Virus record (IMG/VR): IMGVR_UViG_3300022909_000060
Location: 1-36,044 of that record
From: a virus
Taxonomy: Duplodnaviria > Caudoviricetes
Length of the DNA stretch: 36,044 bases
Strand: one strand, 5' to 3'
Part shown: piece after piece, positions 1 through 8,500 of the stretch
Position numbering within the stretch: position 1 is the first letter of the stretch
How the letters are laid out: each line of letters opens with the position of its first letter
Made by a program: the position numbers and the translations under genes
The notes under the pieces: model-generated
What the model was told of the DNA's origin: nothing
The model's input: the letters and a program-made list of their open reading frames with translations, nothing else
Database searches by the model: none

Positions 1-92
1 TTATTTTCATCAAAGTAGTCAGCCAAAACAACGCCGCCGACAATGGCGAAAAAAGAAACCAAACCCAAAACCCAAAGCAAATTCAAAATCAT
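1..92 (-). CDS. small membrane protein, 3' end runs off the window (MILNLLWVLGLVSFFAIVGGVVLADYFDEN...)
   Basis: ATG at 92-90 on the minus strand, GGGAGG Shine-Dalgarno (SD) at 106-101, one hydrophobic helix, own promoter upstream; not in the ORF track. Confidence 0.65.
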   Translation of the reverse strand, partial: MILNLLWVLGLVSFFAIVGGVVLADYFDEN

Positions 93-120
93 GGCAAGTG
101 CCTCCCTATTCAATGCAAGC

Positions 121-149
121 ATTATCGCATAGGCCGGGCCATAGCGCAA
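121..149 (-). promoter_or_regulatory. sigma70-type promoter, divergent from the rest of the window
   Basis: Minus strand TTGCGC-17 nt-GATAAT with a TGn extension and an AT-rich UP-like tract. Confidence 0.65.
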
Positions 150-220
150 CAAAAATAAATGGTAATATATCACAAAAAAATTGCTTGCAATCCGCCAGGA
201 CCTGGGGTAGGCATGGGGGC

Positions 221-239
221 GGTAATGAGACTCATTCTC
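221..239. promoter_or_regulatory. Fur-box-like palindrome
   Basis: GGTAATGAGACTCATTCTC matches 15/19 positions of GATAATGATAATCATTATC; perfect core inverted repeat AATGAG-A-CTCATT at 224-236. Confidence 0.45.
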
Positions 240-343
240 ACCTGGCTCGCTGTCGCACACCCACACGTAAAACTTTGGTAATTTTTCAAGAGCAAAAACA
301 ACGAAAATTGTAAAAATACGAAAGCTCCTTCCAAAAAAATTTC

Positions 344-372
344 TTGACAATTTACCCCCAACTCTGTATAAT
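344..372 (+). promoter_or_regulatory. consensus sigma70 promoter for the six-gene envelope operon
   Basis: TTGACA (344-349), 17-nt spacer, TATAAT (367-372), A-tract upstream. Confidence 0.9.
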
Positions 373-441
373 TTAAATTGAAAATGGAGGTATCCCCAAA
401 AAAATTTTTAATTAAGACGAAGCTTTCGCAACTATATAAAC

Positions 442-1029
442 ATGGACAATCTTGACTCAAGTTTAATTCGAATTCTTGGAATTGGAGTTGTTATTATTTT
501 TCTTGCGTCTTACGCAGGTGAGAGGGCTCACGGTCAAGTTATTCAAACAGAGAGCATTACTGAAAGCACCATCACTACAAACGGAAAAACGGAGACTACT
601 TTAAAATCTCCCCCTCCTTCAGCAATTTCTCCTACTATCAACACTTCAAACTCTGACTTGTGTACTTTTGGAGTAGCAGGAGCGATTCAAACACAAATTC
701 TTGGAATCTCGACAGGTACGCAGTTCACAGACGAAAACTGTGAGAGATTAAAAAATTCAAAAACTCTTTATGATATGGGTATGAAAGTAGCCGCAGTTTC
801 GCTGATGTGCCAAGACCAACGCGTCTTTGACGCAATGATGCACGCCGGAACTCCTTGCCCTTATAATGGAATGATTGGAGATGCGGCGAAAGCAGGCTGG
901 GCGAGCGATTCCGGCGAAGAGCCTTCTTCTATAGAAGAGGATGAAAGTATATTAAATGATAAAGACGTTCAAACAGGTGCTGCTACCGGCGGCATTGGTG
1001 CTTTACTCGCATTACTCTTACTCCTCTGA
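442..1029 (+). CDS. exported Cys-containing protein with C-terminal hydrophobic anchor (envelope operon ORF1)
   Basis: N-terminal signal-like segment, four Cys, amphipathic beta-hairpin candidate CTFGVAGAIQTQILGISTG..DENC, ends GGIGALLALLLLL. Confidence 0.75.
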   Translation: MDNLDSSLIRILGIGVVIIFLASYAGERAHGQVIQTESITESTITTNGKTETTLKSPPPSAISPTINTSNSDLCTFGVAGAIQTQILGISTGTQFTDENCERLKNSKTLYDMGMKVAAVSLMCQDQRVFDAMMHAGTPCPYNGMIGDAAKAGWASDSGEEPSSIEEDESILNDKDVQTGAATGGIGALLALLLLL

Positions 1030-1813
1030 AATTGTAAATGGAGCGACCCCGAACGCAGCATTGTCGGGGTATCACTGGGTAATGACTAATTTGCTTCCAC
1101 AGCAGGCAGGATTAACTGTGAACAATATATTTTACCGCTATACTACGGAAAAAGAGCGAGAGGATAGCATGATTGTGTATGTTCAGAACGAAGATACATT
1201 GAACGAAGGGCAATACATATTTCGTAGTGTAGATGACTGGACGGGGTTACCTGGCAATACAATTGTTAAAAGCGTTCCTTTGCCAGAGCTTTTAGGTTCT
1301 CGATTCGGAGATGGTTCTATAGAAGTAGAAGGCTCAGGTACAGTTTCGGATGCAACGGTAATTTACTCATACCGTTACGACCCTTGCTTCAATCCTCAGT
1401 CAGATCCATCTTGCGAAGGTTATATACCTGAGATACCGGAAATACCAGAGCCGGAAGATCCTCTTGAAGATGAGTATGTACAAGATGAATTAGATCGAAA
1501 AGCAGTAATGAGAAATGCGGAAGACGAAGAGGAAGAGCGAGAGAGCGTAGAAAAGAATGCAGAAGAAGTCGATGAAGACTTTTTAGAGGCTCGACTCGGA
1601 CTTACAAGTGTAATAACCCTTGAAACTGCAACGCTACCAGTTTCTGCACTTCCATCGACATATAACTTAACGCTTCCTGATGGTGTACTGCCGTCAGGAA
1701 AGCCGCTAAAAGATTCTGTGAATATTGCACAGAGTAATCGAAGGTTGCAGTTTGCCCAAGATAAAATGCACTTAGACTTAGTAAAGTCACAGTATAGGAG
1801 AAATACGAAATGA
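956..1813 (+). CDS. exported protein, possible tip or adhesin component (envelope operon ORF2)
   Basis: Signal peptide, beta-rich N-domain, DPCFNPQSDPSCEGY disulfide motif, PEIPEIPEPE linker, acidic helical region. Confidence 0.7.
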   Translation: MIKTFKQVLLPAALVLYSHYSYSSEIVNGATPNAALSGYHWVMTNLLPQQAGLTVNNIFYRYTTEKEREDSMIVYVQNEDTLNEGQYIFRSVDDWTGLPGNTIVKSVPLPELLGSRFGDGSIEVEGSGTVSDATVIYSYRYDPCFNPQSDPSCEGYIPEIPEIPEPEDPLEDEYVQDELDRKAVMRNAEDEEEERESVEKNAEEVDEDFLEARLGLTSVITLETATLPVSALPSTYNLTLPDGVLPSGKPLKDSVNIAQSNRRLQFAQDKMHLDLVKSQYRRNTK

Positions 1814-2304
1814 AAATGAAAACCTTTTTAGCAGCCGCTGTTTTTTCGGCATCTGTTGCTGCAGAGAACGTACCAATTAATGGAACTGTTGAAGGTCAGT
1901 GTGTTGTAATTCCAGATATTTCTGGTGTGTACGGCAACCCTTCTTCAGACAAGTTGAGCACTTCGCCAATAGATGGAGGTGTAAAGCCTTCAGTACGATT
2001 TGACGTAATTATTGCAGACTACTACAAAGCTGTCATCACTACTCCAACTCAGTTTAGTGCTGCACCCGCTTTGAACGACGTAGTAAACTGGACAGGTGAT
2101 GTACTTGTAAAAGAAGTAACAGATCCTCTCATGTCTGACTATGACACTAATAAAGTAGAATACAATGATACTACTGAGTATGACCTGACTGTTGCAGGTA
2201 GTACTTGGTTTGAAATGGATTCTACAGCAGAATATGGTTATAACAAGCCATTCCCTGCAGGACAATACACAGCAGTAGTAGAAGCGAACTGTATCGCAAA
2301 ATGA
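1810..2304 (+). CDS. fimbrial/pilin-like subunit (envelope operon ORF3)
   Basis: Signal peptide ending SVAA; mature N-terminus VPINGTVEGQC resembles the pilin I-x-G-x-V-x-x-x-C donor strand; C-terminus PAGQYTAVVEANC resembles the pilin G-x-Y/F-x-A strand; 164 aa. Confidence 0.6.
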   Translation: MKMKTFLAAAVFSASVAAENVPINGTVEGQCVVIPDISGVYGNPSSDKLSTSPIDGGVKPSVRFDVIIADYYKAVITTPTQFSAAPALNDVVNWTGDVLVKEVTDPLMSDYDTNKVEYNDTTEYDLTVAGSTWFEMDSTAEYGYNKPFPAGQYTAVVEANCIAK

Positions 2305-2678
2305 AATCTTTTGTTTTTCTCCTACTGTTTCTAGGAGTGAGTGCAGCTTCGGCTCACTCCTGGACTCCTACCTATTTTGAGTTTAGACCTTCTCATCTAG
2401 CGGGAGTGTATGTAACGGAGATGACATTATTCAACAAGCGAGAGGACGCAACGTATTATTCCGTAGAAGTACGAGATAAAGATTTTAACTCAGTTTCTTT
2501 TCGCACTAGTTCACCATTTTATGCGATAGAGTATTTAGAAAAGCAAAAGATTCGTGTATATGTTTCTCAAAAAGACTTAGATAAAGCCTTATACATTTGC
2601 TCTCGTTCCCGATTTCCAGCAGGTACAAAAGCGAGTAGTTTAGTGAGTTCTCGAATATGTTCAAAAGTACGCCCTTAA
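2301..2678 (+). CDS. single-domain PapD-like periplasmic chaperone (envelope operon ORF4)
   Basis: Signal peptide ending ASA; TPTY..MTLFN..YSVEV..PFYAI..KQKIRVY pattern like the PapD N-domain; ends RICSKVRP (cf. RIKLFYRP); Cys pair in the last strands. Confidence 0.55.
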   Translation: MKSFVFLLLFLGVSAASAHSWTPTYFEFRPSHLAGVYVTEMTLFNKREDATYYSVEVRDKDFNSVSFRTSSPFYAIEYLEKQKIRVYVSQKDLDKALYICSRSRFPAGTKASSLVSSRICSKVRP

Positions 2679-3094
2679 TATTATTATGTTTAATAAGTTT
2701 TTCTGCTTTTGCACAAAACTCCAATCTAAATTTGTCGATTCCTCAAACCCCGCAGTCATATCAATCTGATAGAGTGAGAGCAGGAGATTTGGAGTGCTCT
2801 GCAGCAATTGGGTCTTCGACAAACGTTGAGTTCGGGGTCGTAGGAATTTTAAATCAACAAGATCCTACATACTTTGCTTCGGCTACAGATCCTTATTTTA
2901 ATTATAATCCAGATTCGTTTATAAAAGATGTAGGCGTCTATGGAAAGATTACAATTCCTTTGGGAGCACCAAAGGAAAGACTAAATTGTAATACTCTTTA
3001 CCAACTAGAATTAAGAAAGAAAAGATTAGAAGTACAAAGACTTGAACAAGAATTGCAGCAGCTAAGAGCAATGCAATTTGTAGGAGATGAGTAG
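2657..3094 (+). CDS. exported protein with beta-hairpin and coiled coil, possible oligomeric outer-membrane component (envelope operon ORF5)
   Basis: Signal peptide ending AFA; two Cys flanking amphipathic strands TNVEFGVVG and DVGVYGKITIPLG; C-terminal heptads LEVQRLEQELQQL. Confidence 0.65.
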   Translation: MFKSTPLILLCLISFSAFAQNSNLNLSIPQTPQSYQSDRVRAGDLECSAAIGSSTNVEFGVVGILNQQDPTYFASATDPYFNYNPDSFIKDVGVYGKITIPLGAPKERLNCNTLYQLELRKKRLEVQRLEQELQQLRAMQFVGDE

Positions 3095-3576
3095 TGGCAA
3101 CTGAAATAGAAATCGGAGGAGTAAAATTTACTGGCGGAAAAGCTTTCGCAATCATAACTGCTCTTTCAACTGCAGCCGGTGTTGTATGGGGGGCCGCTGA
3201 ATTCTGGGGAGACTATATGGGCATGAGAGAGCGTATCGAAAGCTATGAAAGTCCAGACTTATCCCACATAGAACAGACTCTTGCAGTACAAAGTGAAGAG
3301 ATGGCCACACTACGAACAATTATGGAGACTTTAGAAATAAAAGTAGATAATACAGAAGATAGTCTTTCTGAAGATATGGACAAAGTACAAGACCTTGCTA
3401 GAAAAGTTGATGATAAAACTGCAGAGACTCAACGTGAAGTTAGAGACGATGTATATGCAATGGAACAAAAGTTGAACGATAGAATGCGAGGGCTTGATAG
3501 TGACCTGCGTACTCTTCGTAAAGATTTAGAAGAAAAGATCCAGCTCATACTGGACAATCCTTTGAATGACCAATAG
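3094..3576 (+). CDS. membrane-anchored coiled-coil protein (envelope operon ORF6)
   Basis: GTG start overlapping the previous TAG; one TM segment (AFAIITALSTAAGVVWGAA) followed by a long charged heptad region. Confidence 0.75.
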   Translation: MATEIEIGGVKFTGGKAFAIITALSTAAGVVWGAAEFWGDYMGMRERIESYESPDLSHIEQTLAVQSEEMATLRTIMETLEIKVDNTEDSLSEDMDKVQDLARKVDDKTAETQREVRDDVYAMEQKLNDRMRGLDSDLRTLRKDLEEKIQLILDNPLNDQ

Positions 3577-3672
3577 CGGAATAATCAACTTTTTACCTTC
3601 ATGAGAGTAATCAGTACTCTTATAATTATTTATTCAATAAGCTATTTATAACCCCCTTCGCAAAAAAACGCC

Positions 3673-3701
3673 TTGACAAATCTGCTGAAAACCCTTATAA
3701 T
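3673..3701 (+). promoter_or_regulatory. consensus sigma70 promoter
   Basis: TTGACA-17 nt-TATAAT with upstream A7 tract. Confidence 0.9.
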
Positions 3702-3760
3702 ACAAAAATGAAATTGTAGAGAATTTATTTTCTTAAAAAAAGTGTAAATAAGAATTCCAT

Positions 3761-3931
3761 ATGATAGAAGTAATTTATAAACATTGGACCAAAGGACATG
3801 AGTTACGAGTAATCGGAACTATGCCGAAAGAGTATAATAATGAAGCTTCCTCCCGTTTTGTAATTGAGAAAAAGGATGGAACTTTAGAAGACGTAATAAA
3901 AGAAACTGTAATTCGAATACGAGAAGTATGA
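3761..3931 (+). CDS. hypothetical protein, 56 aa (MIEVIYKHWTKG...RIREV)
   Basis: First substantial ORF after the promoter; ATGA overlap with the next ORF; below the track cut-off. Confidence 0.65.
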   Translation: MIEVIYKHWTKGHELRVIGTMPKEYNNEASSRFVIEKKDGTLEDVIKETVIRIREV

Positions 3932-4068
3932 ATCATCTACAAGAAGTAAAAATGACTTACTGGCAGCACCTTCGACACGCTTGGAGTATAGCATTTATTT
4001 TATTTATACACGGAATTTTTCCTCAAATATGGAAGTCAAAAGCAAGTGAAAGTATTAATAGGGTGTGA
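3928..4068 (+). CDS. small membrane protein, DUF6356-like (MNHLQEVKMTYWQHLRHAWSIAFILFIHGIFPQIWKSKASESINRV)
   Basis: HL..V..TY.QHL..A...IH..FP.....AS pattern; ATGA-coupled. Confidence 0.6.
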   Translation: MNHLQEVKMTYWQHLRHAWSIAFILFIHGIFPQIWKSKASESINRV

Positions 4069-4639
4069 ATTTAGTGGTACAGTGCGCGACTGCTTTCTCG
4101 CAATGGGACATGATGCAATTTCCTGCGATCTTCTACCAACAGAAGCTCCAGGACCTCATATCCAAGGAGACGTAGTTGAAGTTTTATACAATAATGAGTG
4201 GGACCTTGCTATTTTGCACCCTCCATGTACTTATCTTGCTTCAAGCGGTTTGCATTGGAATAACAAAATTGAAGGAAGAGCTCAGAAAACTGAAGATGCG
4301 CTCGAGTTTATTACTACTTTATGGAATGCCCCTGTAAAGAAAATGGCAATAGAAAATCCTGTCGGGTGTATAAATACTCGACTAAAGTTTATGCCAAGAC
4401 CCCAATACGTCCAGCCCTATAATTACGGAGAAGATGCCTCAAAGAAAACGGGCCTGTGGCTGAGGGGCTTGGCACCTCTTGAACCAACTGAGTATATACA
4501 CCCAAGGATGGTAAATGGAAAACCAAGATGGAGCAATCAAGGCGACACTGGTTATGATAAGTTTGGTGGTGGTCAGGGCAAAGAACGCTCTGTCACCTTT
4601 TTTGGAATCGCATCTGCGATGGCCCTGCAATGGGGATAA
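4046..4639 (+). CDS. phage-type C5 cytosine DNA methyltransferase
   Basis: KVLIGCEFSG (motif I-like), catalytic HPPC (motif IV), IENP (motif VI), C-terminal RSVTF.GIA.AMA.QWG. Confidence 0.75.
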   Translation: MKVLIGCEFSGTVRDCFLAMGHDAISCDLLPTEAPGPHIQGDVVEVLYNNEWDLAILHPPCTYLASSGLHWNNKIEGRAQKTEDALEFITTLWNAPVKKMAIENPVGCINTRLKFMPRPQYVQPYNYGEDASKKTGLWLRGLAPLEPTEYIHPRMVNGKPRWSNQGDTGYDKFGGGQGKERSVTFFGIASAMALQWG

Positions 4640-4651
4640 AAGGAAAATAAA

Positions 4652-4849
4652 ATGATTGATTTACAAAATTATGTAAATGGTGAAAATACAGACGGAAAAC
4701 CTGCAGTAACTATTCGATTTGATGAAACAAAGCATCCTTCAGAATGGAGTACTGTTCAGTATATGACAGATTTTTTGGCTGCTTCAGGATTTAGCTCCGC
4801 AACTATTTCTGCGCTTCAGGCAGTAGTAGATGCCAACAGCCCATCTTGA
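4652..4849 (+). CDS. hypothetical protein, 65 aa
   Basis: AAGGA SD; fits the gene packing. Confidence 0.6.
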   Translation: MIDLQNYVNGENTDGKPAVTIRFDETKHPSEWSTVQYMTDFLAASGFSSATISALQAVVDANSPS

Positions 4850-4979
4850 TACTGAAGTAGAGGATTTCTTAAAAAAGAATCCTAATTGTCCTAATCCAGA
4901 ACATAGTCCTAGGACTGTGGAATATTTAGTGCGTATGTATAAATACTATAAAGAGCAAAAAAATGATAGCCCATCCTAA
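4830..4979 (+). CDS. hypothetical protein, 49 aa (MPTAHLDTEV...CPNPEHSPRTVEYLVRMYKYYK...)
   Basis: Fills the gap and overlaps both neighbours; not in the track. Confidence 0.55.
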   Translation: MPTAHLDTEVEDFLKKNPNCPNPEHSPRTVEYLVRMYKYYKEQKNDSPS

Positions 4980-5562
4980 TTTTTCGCAACGTAATATAAA
5001 TTATATATTTTCTCAGCTAGAAATAGATGAGATTATTGAAAAGCATACTTTGTGGTTGCAAGATGACCCATTAGGGGAAAGGGCTTACTTAGCTTATGCG
5101 AATTTTGACGGATTAGACTTTTCAAATAAAAGCCTTTTAAATTTAGGGTTTGAAAACTCTTCGTTTGTTGGCTGTAATTTTGACGGAGTATTTACAAACC
5201 ATTGTAGTTTTAGAAATGCTAATTTTACAGGAGCTGAAGTTACAAATGCTAGGCTTGATATTTGTAATTTTTTAAACTCAGACTTTACTGATGCGAGTTT
5301 AACTGGAACTTCTATAGCAAGCTTTGGCAACAACAGAGAAATAAAAAACATAAATGTAACTAAGTATTTATTTACTTATACAGCTACTCATATAGGGCTA
5401 GATTGTATGTGGTTTGAGATAGATTGGTGGAAAAATGCAACTTTTGATGAAGTACAGGCACTATCTCCACAAGACGAAGATATGGCCCTAATGTACTCCC
5501 TACTACAAGATGTAGGGCTCCCTACTGTGGAAGTATCTCCTGCAGTGCCTTATAGGGTATAA
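4963..5562 (+). CDS. pentapeptide-repeat protein
   Basis: KH.LWL....GERAYL leader, then ANFDG/LDFSN/CNFDG/ANFTG/SDFTD/ASLTG repeats. Confidence 0.85.
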   Translation: MIAHPNFSQRNINYIFSQLEIDEIIEKHTLWLQDDPLGERAYLAYANFDGLDFSNKSLLNLGFENSSFVGCNFDGVFTNHCSFRNANFTGAEVTNARLDICNFLNSDFTDASLTGTSIASFGNNREIKNINVTKYLFTYTATHIGLDCMWFEIDWWKNATFDEVQALSPQDEDMALMYSLLQDVGLPTVEVSPAVPYRV

Positions 5563-5565
5563 TAA

Positions 5566-8500
5566 ATGGCTATTGTTACACAAATAGTTCCTACATCCGC
5601 TAATAACAACACAGGTGCCTCGCCTGAGACTCTAGGCACCACTCTAGAGCTTGGAGATACTCTTAGATTAGATGTTGAAGGGCAAGCGTCTAATTGGACA
5701 TTTTCGCAGGCGGATAGTTTTTTTAACAGTACAGATGTTGGGGGTACCCACGTCTCTAACAGTACCGAGAATGATAGCGATGATACCTATGACATTGATT
5801 GTGATGGGAGTTACCCTTCTGGCTCTCAAACTACTCTGAATGTTTTTAAATCCGCGAATAGCGTATCACCTTATTATGTTTTAACAGTTAATACGCAAAG
5901 CTTAGATCCCACTATAACTAAAGATCTTATTCATAATGGAAGTAGTATTAATGGCTTTCCTATATACTATTCTCCAAATGGAAACGTAACATTTAGTTAT
6001 ACAAATGGAGGAGCATATACTCGTTACAGAGTTATAACAACTTCAGCATCTTCATCTCCAAGTGGAACAGTTATCAATGGTAGAGGCTGTGGTAATGCAG
6101 TAGGAACTTCAGGAACTATTGATATTGAATACAAAGCTACTGGAAATGAACTGTGTAATATTGAAGGAAGCCAAGTATCTTACAAAGTCCAATATCGTCC
6201 AAGAAATCTAGCAACTACTTATCAAGATACAGGAACTACATTTACTTTAACTCATATTGTAAGTAGCCCGGGAACTATAAGTGTTTCTAATGCGGGTAAT
6301 AGTTCTCAAACAGAAACTGTCACAGTGTCCTGTGCAATTAATCCTCCTACCGATTGTATATTAGAGTTTAGCACTTCGAGTTCTTTTTCTAGTAATGTAG
6401 TTGCTGCGGATGCTAATAGAGAAGCAGATTTTTCTCAGACTAGGAATACTACTGTAACTTATTATGCCCGATTCAGAAATACTACTACAAATGCGGTAAC
6501 TTTTGGGACCTATCCTAGTGTATCACATACAGTAAACTACTTAGCATTAAACGATAATGAAATAAGTATGGCGGTACAAAGTGCCTCTATAGGCCCTTAT
6601 TTCTCTGAAAGCTACGTTTTCAGTTATACAAATGGAGGAGCTTCAGCAGAATATAGATTAGTATCAAATGATACTCCTAGTTTTGAAGTTGATTCGGCTT
6701 CGGGATCAAGTGGGTCTTGGTCAATAAGTAGTTCGGAATTGCCGCCAGTAAATACTACATGGACTTACTTTGTTCAGGGGCAGAGACTCTCCTCCCAAGG
6801 GGGAGAGCCAAATAGTTGGGCACAAACTACAATAACAGGAAGTTCTAACAATGAAATAACAGTATTTAGACAGAATTATACTCCGCCAGACACAACTTTC
6901 ACAGCATCTAGCCCTACTATTGATTGGGACGCGACATCTTTTACTACTACTCTTACAGGAGTTCAAGTAGGAGACGAAGTACGAGCAGTACTAACCTCAA
7001 ATACAGCAGTACTCTTTGAAAATTTTACGACTGTTACTTCCACTACCTTTAATTTAGTATGTAATAACTCTACAGTAGACTCTACGAATCTTCCTTATGG
7101 CACTGCCACTAGTGTCAGGATTCAAGTTAGACGTCCTGCGTCTGCAGATGGAGATGGTAATACTTCTGCTGCTACCACTTTTAACGTAACACGAAACTAC
7201 AGAGTGGGGCCTTTTACAAATGTGTTGATAGACGAGCCTTCGGGAGCTTCCGCCACAATTGGAGCTCAAGCATATGATGCTTATGACCAAGGAGATGTAG
7301 AACCTGTAAGAGTAACAGGGTCAGGAGTAATTTCTGGGGCTACTTATATTGGAAGAATTATAAGTGGTACTACAAGAGGAGGAGCCACCCAAGGAATTAT
7401 ATACAGTCAAGTTGCTTCAGGAACAGAACCTAACGCTGAAACTACTGCTGGGGGTTGTACCCTTTCACAGCTACCTACACCAGGATATACTGTAGGTGAT
7501 CAATTAACAGTTTCTGGCTCAAATATAAACGGCGGCACAGATGCCGTTGTAACTGTAGATACTGTCAACAGCTCGGGCGTTATTACTGCTGCAAGTGTAA
7601 CAGGTACAGCCTCCAACACTGATACTTTTTCTGGAGTAACAGGTAGTGTAATACAAGGTAGTGGTACCAATCCTCCTAACTTCACAGTAACTTTATCCAA
7701 TAATACTTACAGCTCTGTAGTAATTCAAACACCTAATACTTCTGCGAACTTTGCAGTAAATGATAAAATTAAAATTTTAGGAAGTCAATTTGGTGGTGTT
7801 GACGTAACAAATGATCTTATATTAAAGGTCACACAAGTAACCTTTGGTAAAATTCAGGCAGTTGTAGTTGATAGTGGCGTCGCACCTGATGTAGATCTAT
7901 TATTTACAAATGTTTCTTATACTACAGGAAGTTTAGATTCTACTGCTACTATTAATATCAGAGTGCAAGGAACAAGCTATAGTGTAGTAATAACCTCAGG
8001 AGGTGCAGGAAATACTTGTGGGTATAGAATTACTTGTATTGTTCCTACAAGTCTTGGAGGAGATGGTACCACTGAACATGAATGCCAAGACAATGCGAGC
8101 AATCAAACTGAATTTACTATAACTCGATCCGCCTATGTGCAGCCGGATACAACTACAAACCAAATGACTATAACAGGTACAGGAGTTGTAAGTGATGGTT
8201 TTCAAGAGTGGTTAATAGCAAATAATAATACAACTACAAATCCTTCGTTAGGAGTTACTGGAACAGAGACTAATCAAAAATACAGAATAAATAATGGATA
8301 TGTTCCCAACAATGCTAGTGAAGTACTTTATTATAGTTTTGGAACCGGTAACTCTTCTTTATCTGCAACAATAACAAATTCCGATATAGTAACAGGAACC
8401 GGTATTAATTATTTTTTATATACTCAAGTACCAGAAGTAGAGGACGGACAAGATGATTCTGTATGGAGTGTTGTAACTACAAATGGTAGCACTTTAGTTA

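Noticed and set aside
181-214. Possible + strand promoter TTGCAA-17 nt-TAGGCA after an A tract
   Set aside because: The -10 match is too poor and no gene follows
384-455. 23-codon ORF in the leader of the envelope operon
   Set aside because: No SD or recognisable motif; cannot be told apart from chance
98-460. Track ORFs 98-313 (+) and 170-460 (-)
   Set aside because: They run across promoters and the palindrome, have no SD and no protein-like features
3601-3720. 39-codon ORF MRVISTLII...
   Set aside because: Spans the promoter, has no SD and is likely spurious
5995-6641. 20-nt repeat as a CRISPR array or diversity-generating-retroelement TR/VR pair
   Set aside because: Only two in-frame coding copies; no spacers, cas genes, reverse transcriptase or adenine-specific variation
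7486-8010. Insert in the fibre gene as an intein or intron
   Set aside because: No C/S...HN intein termini, no endonuclease motifs, an open frame throughout and fibre-like composition
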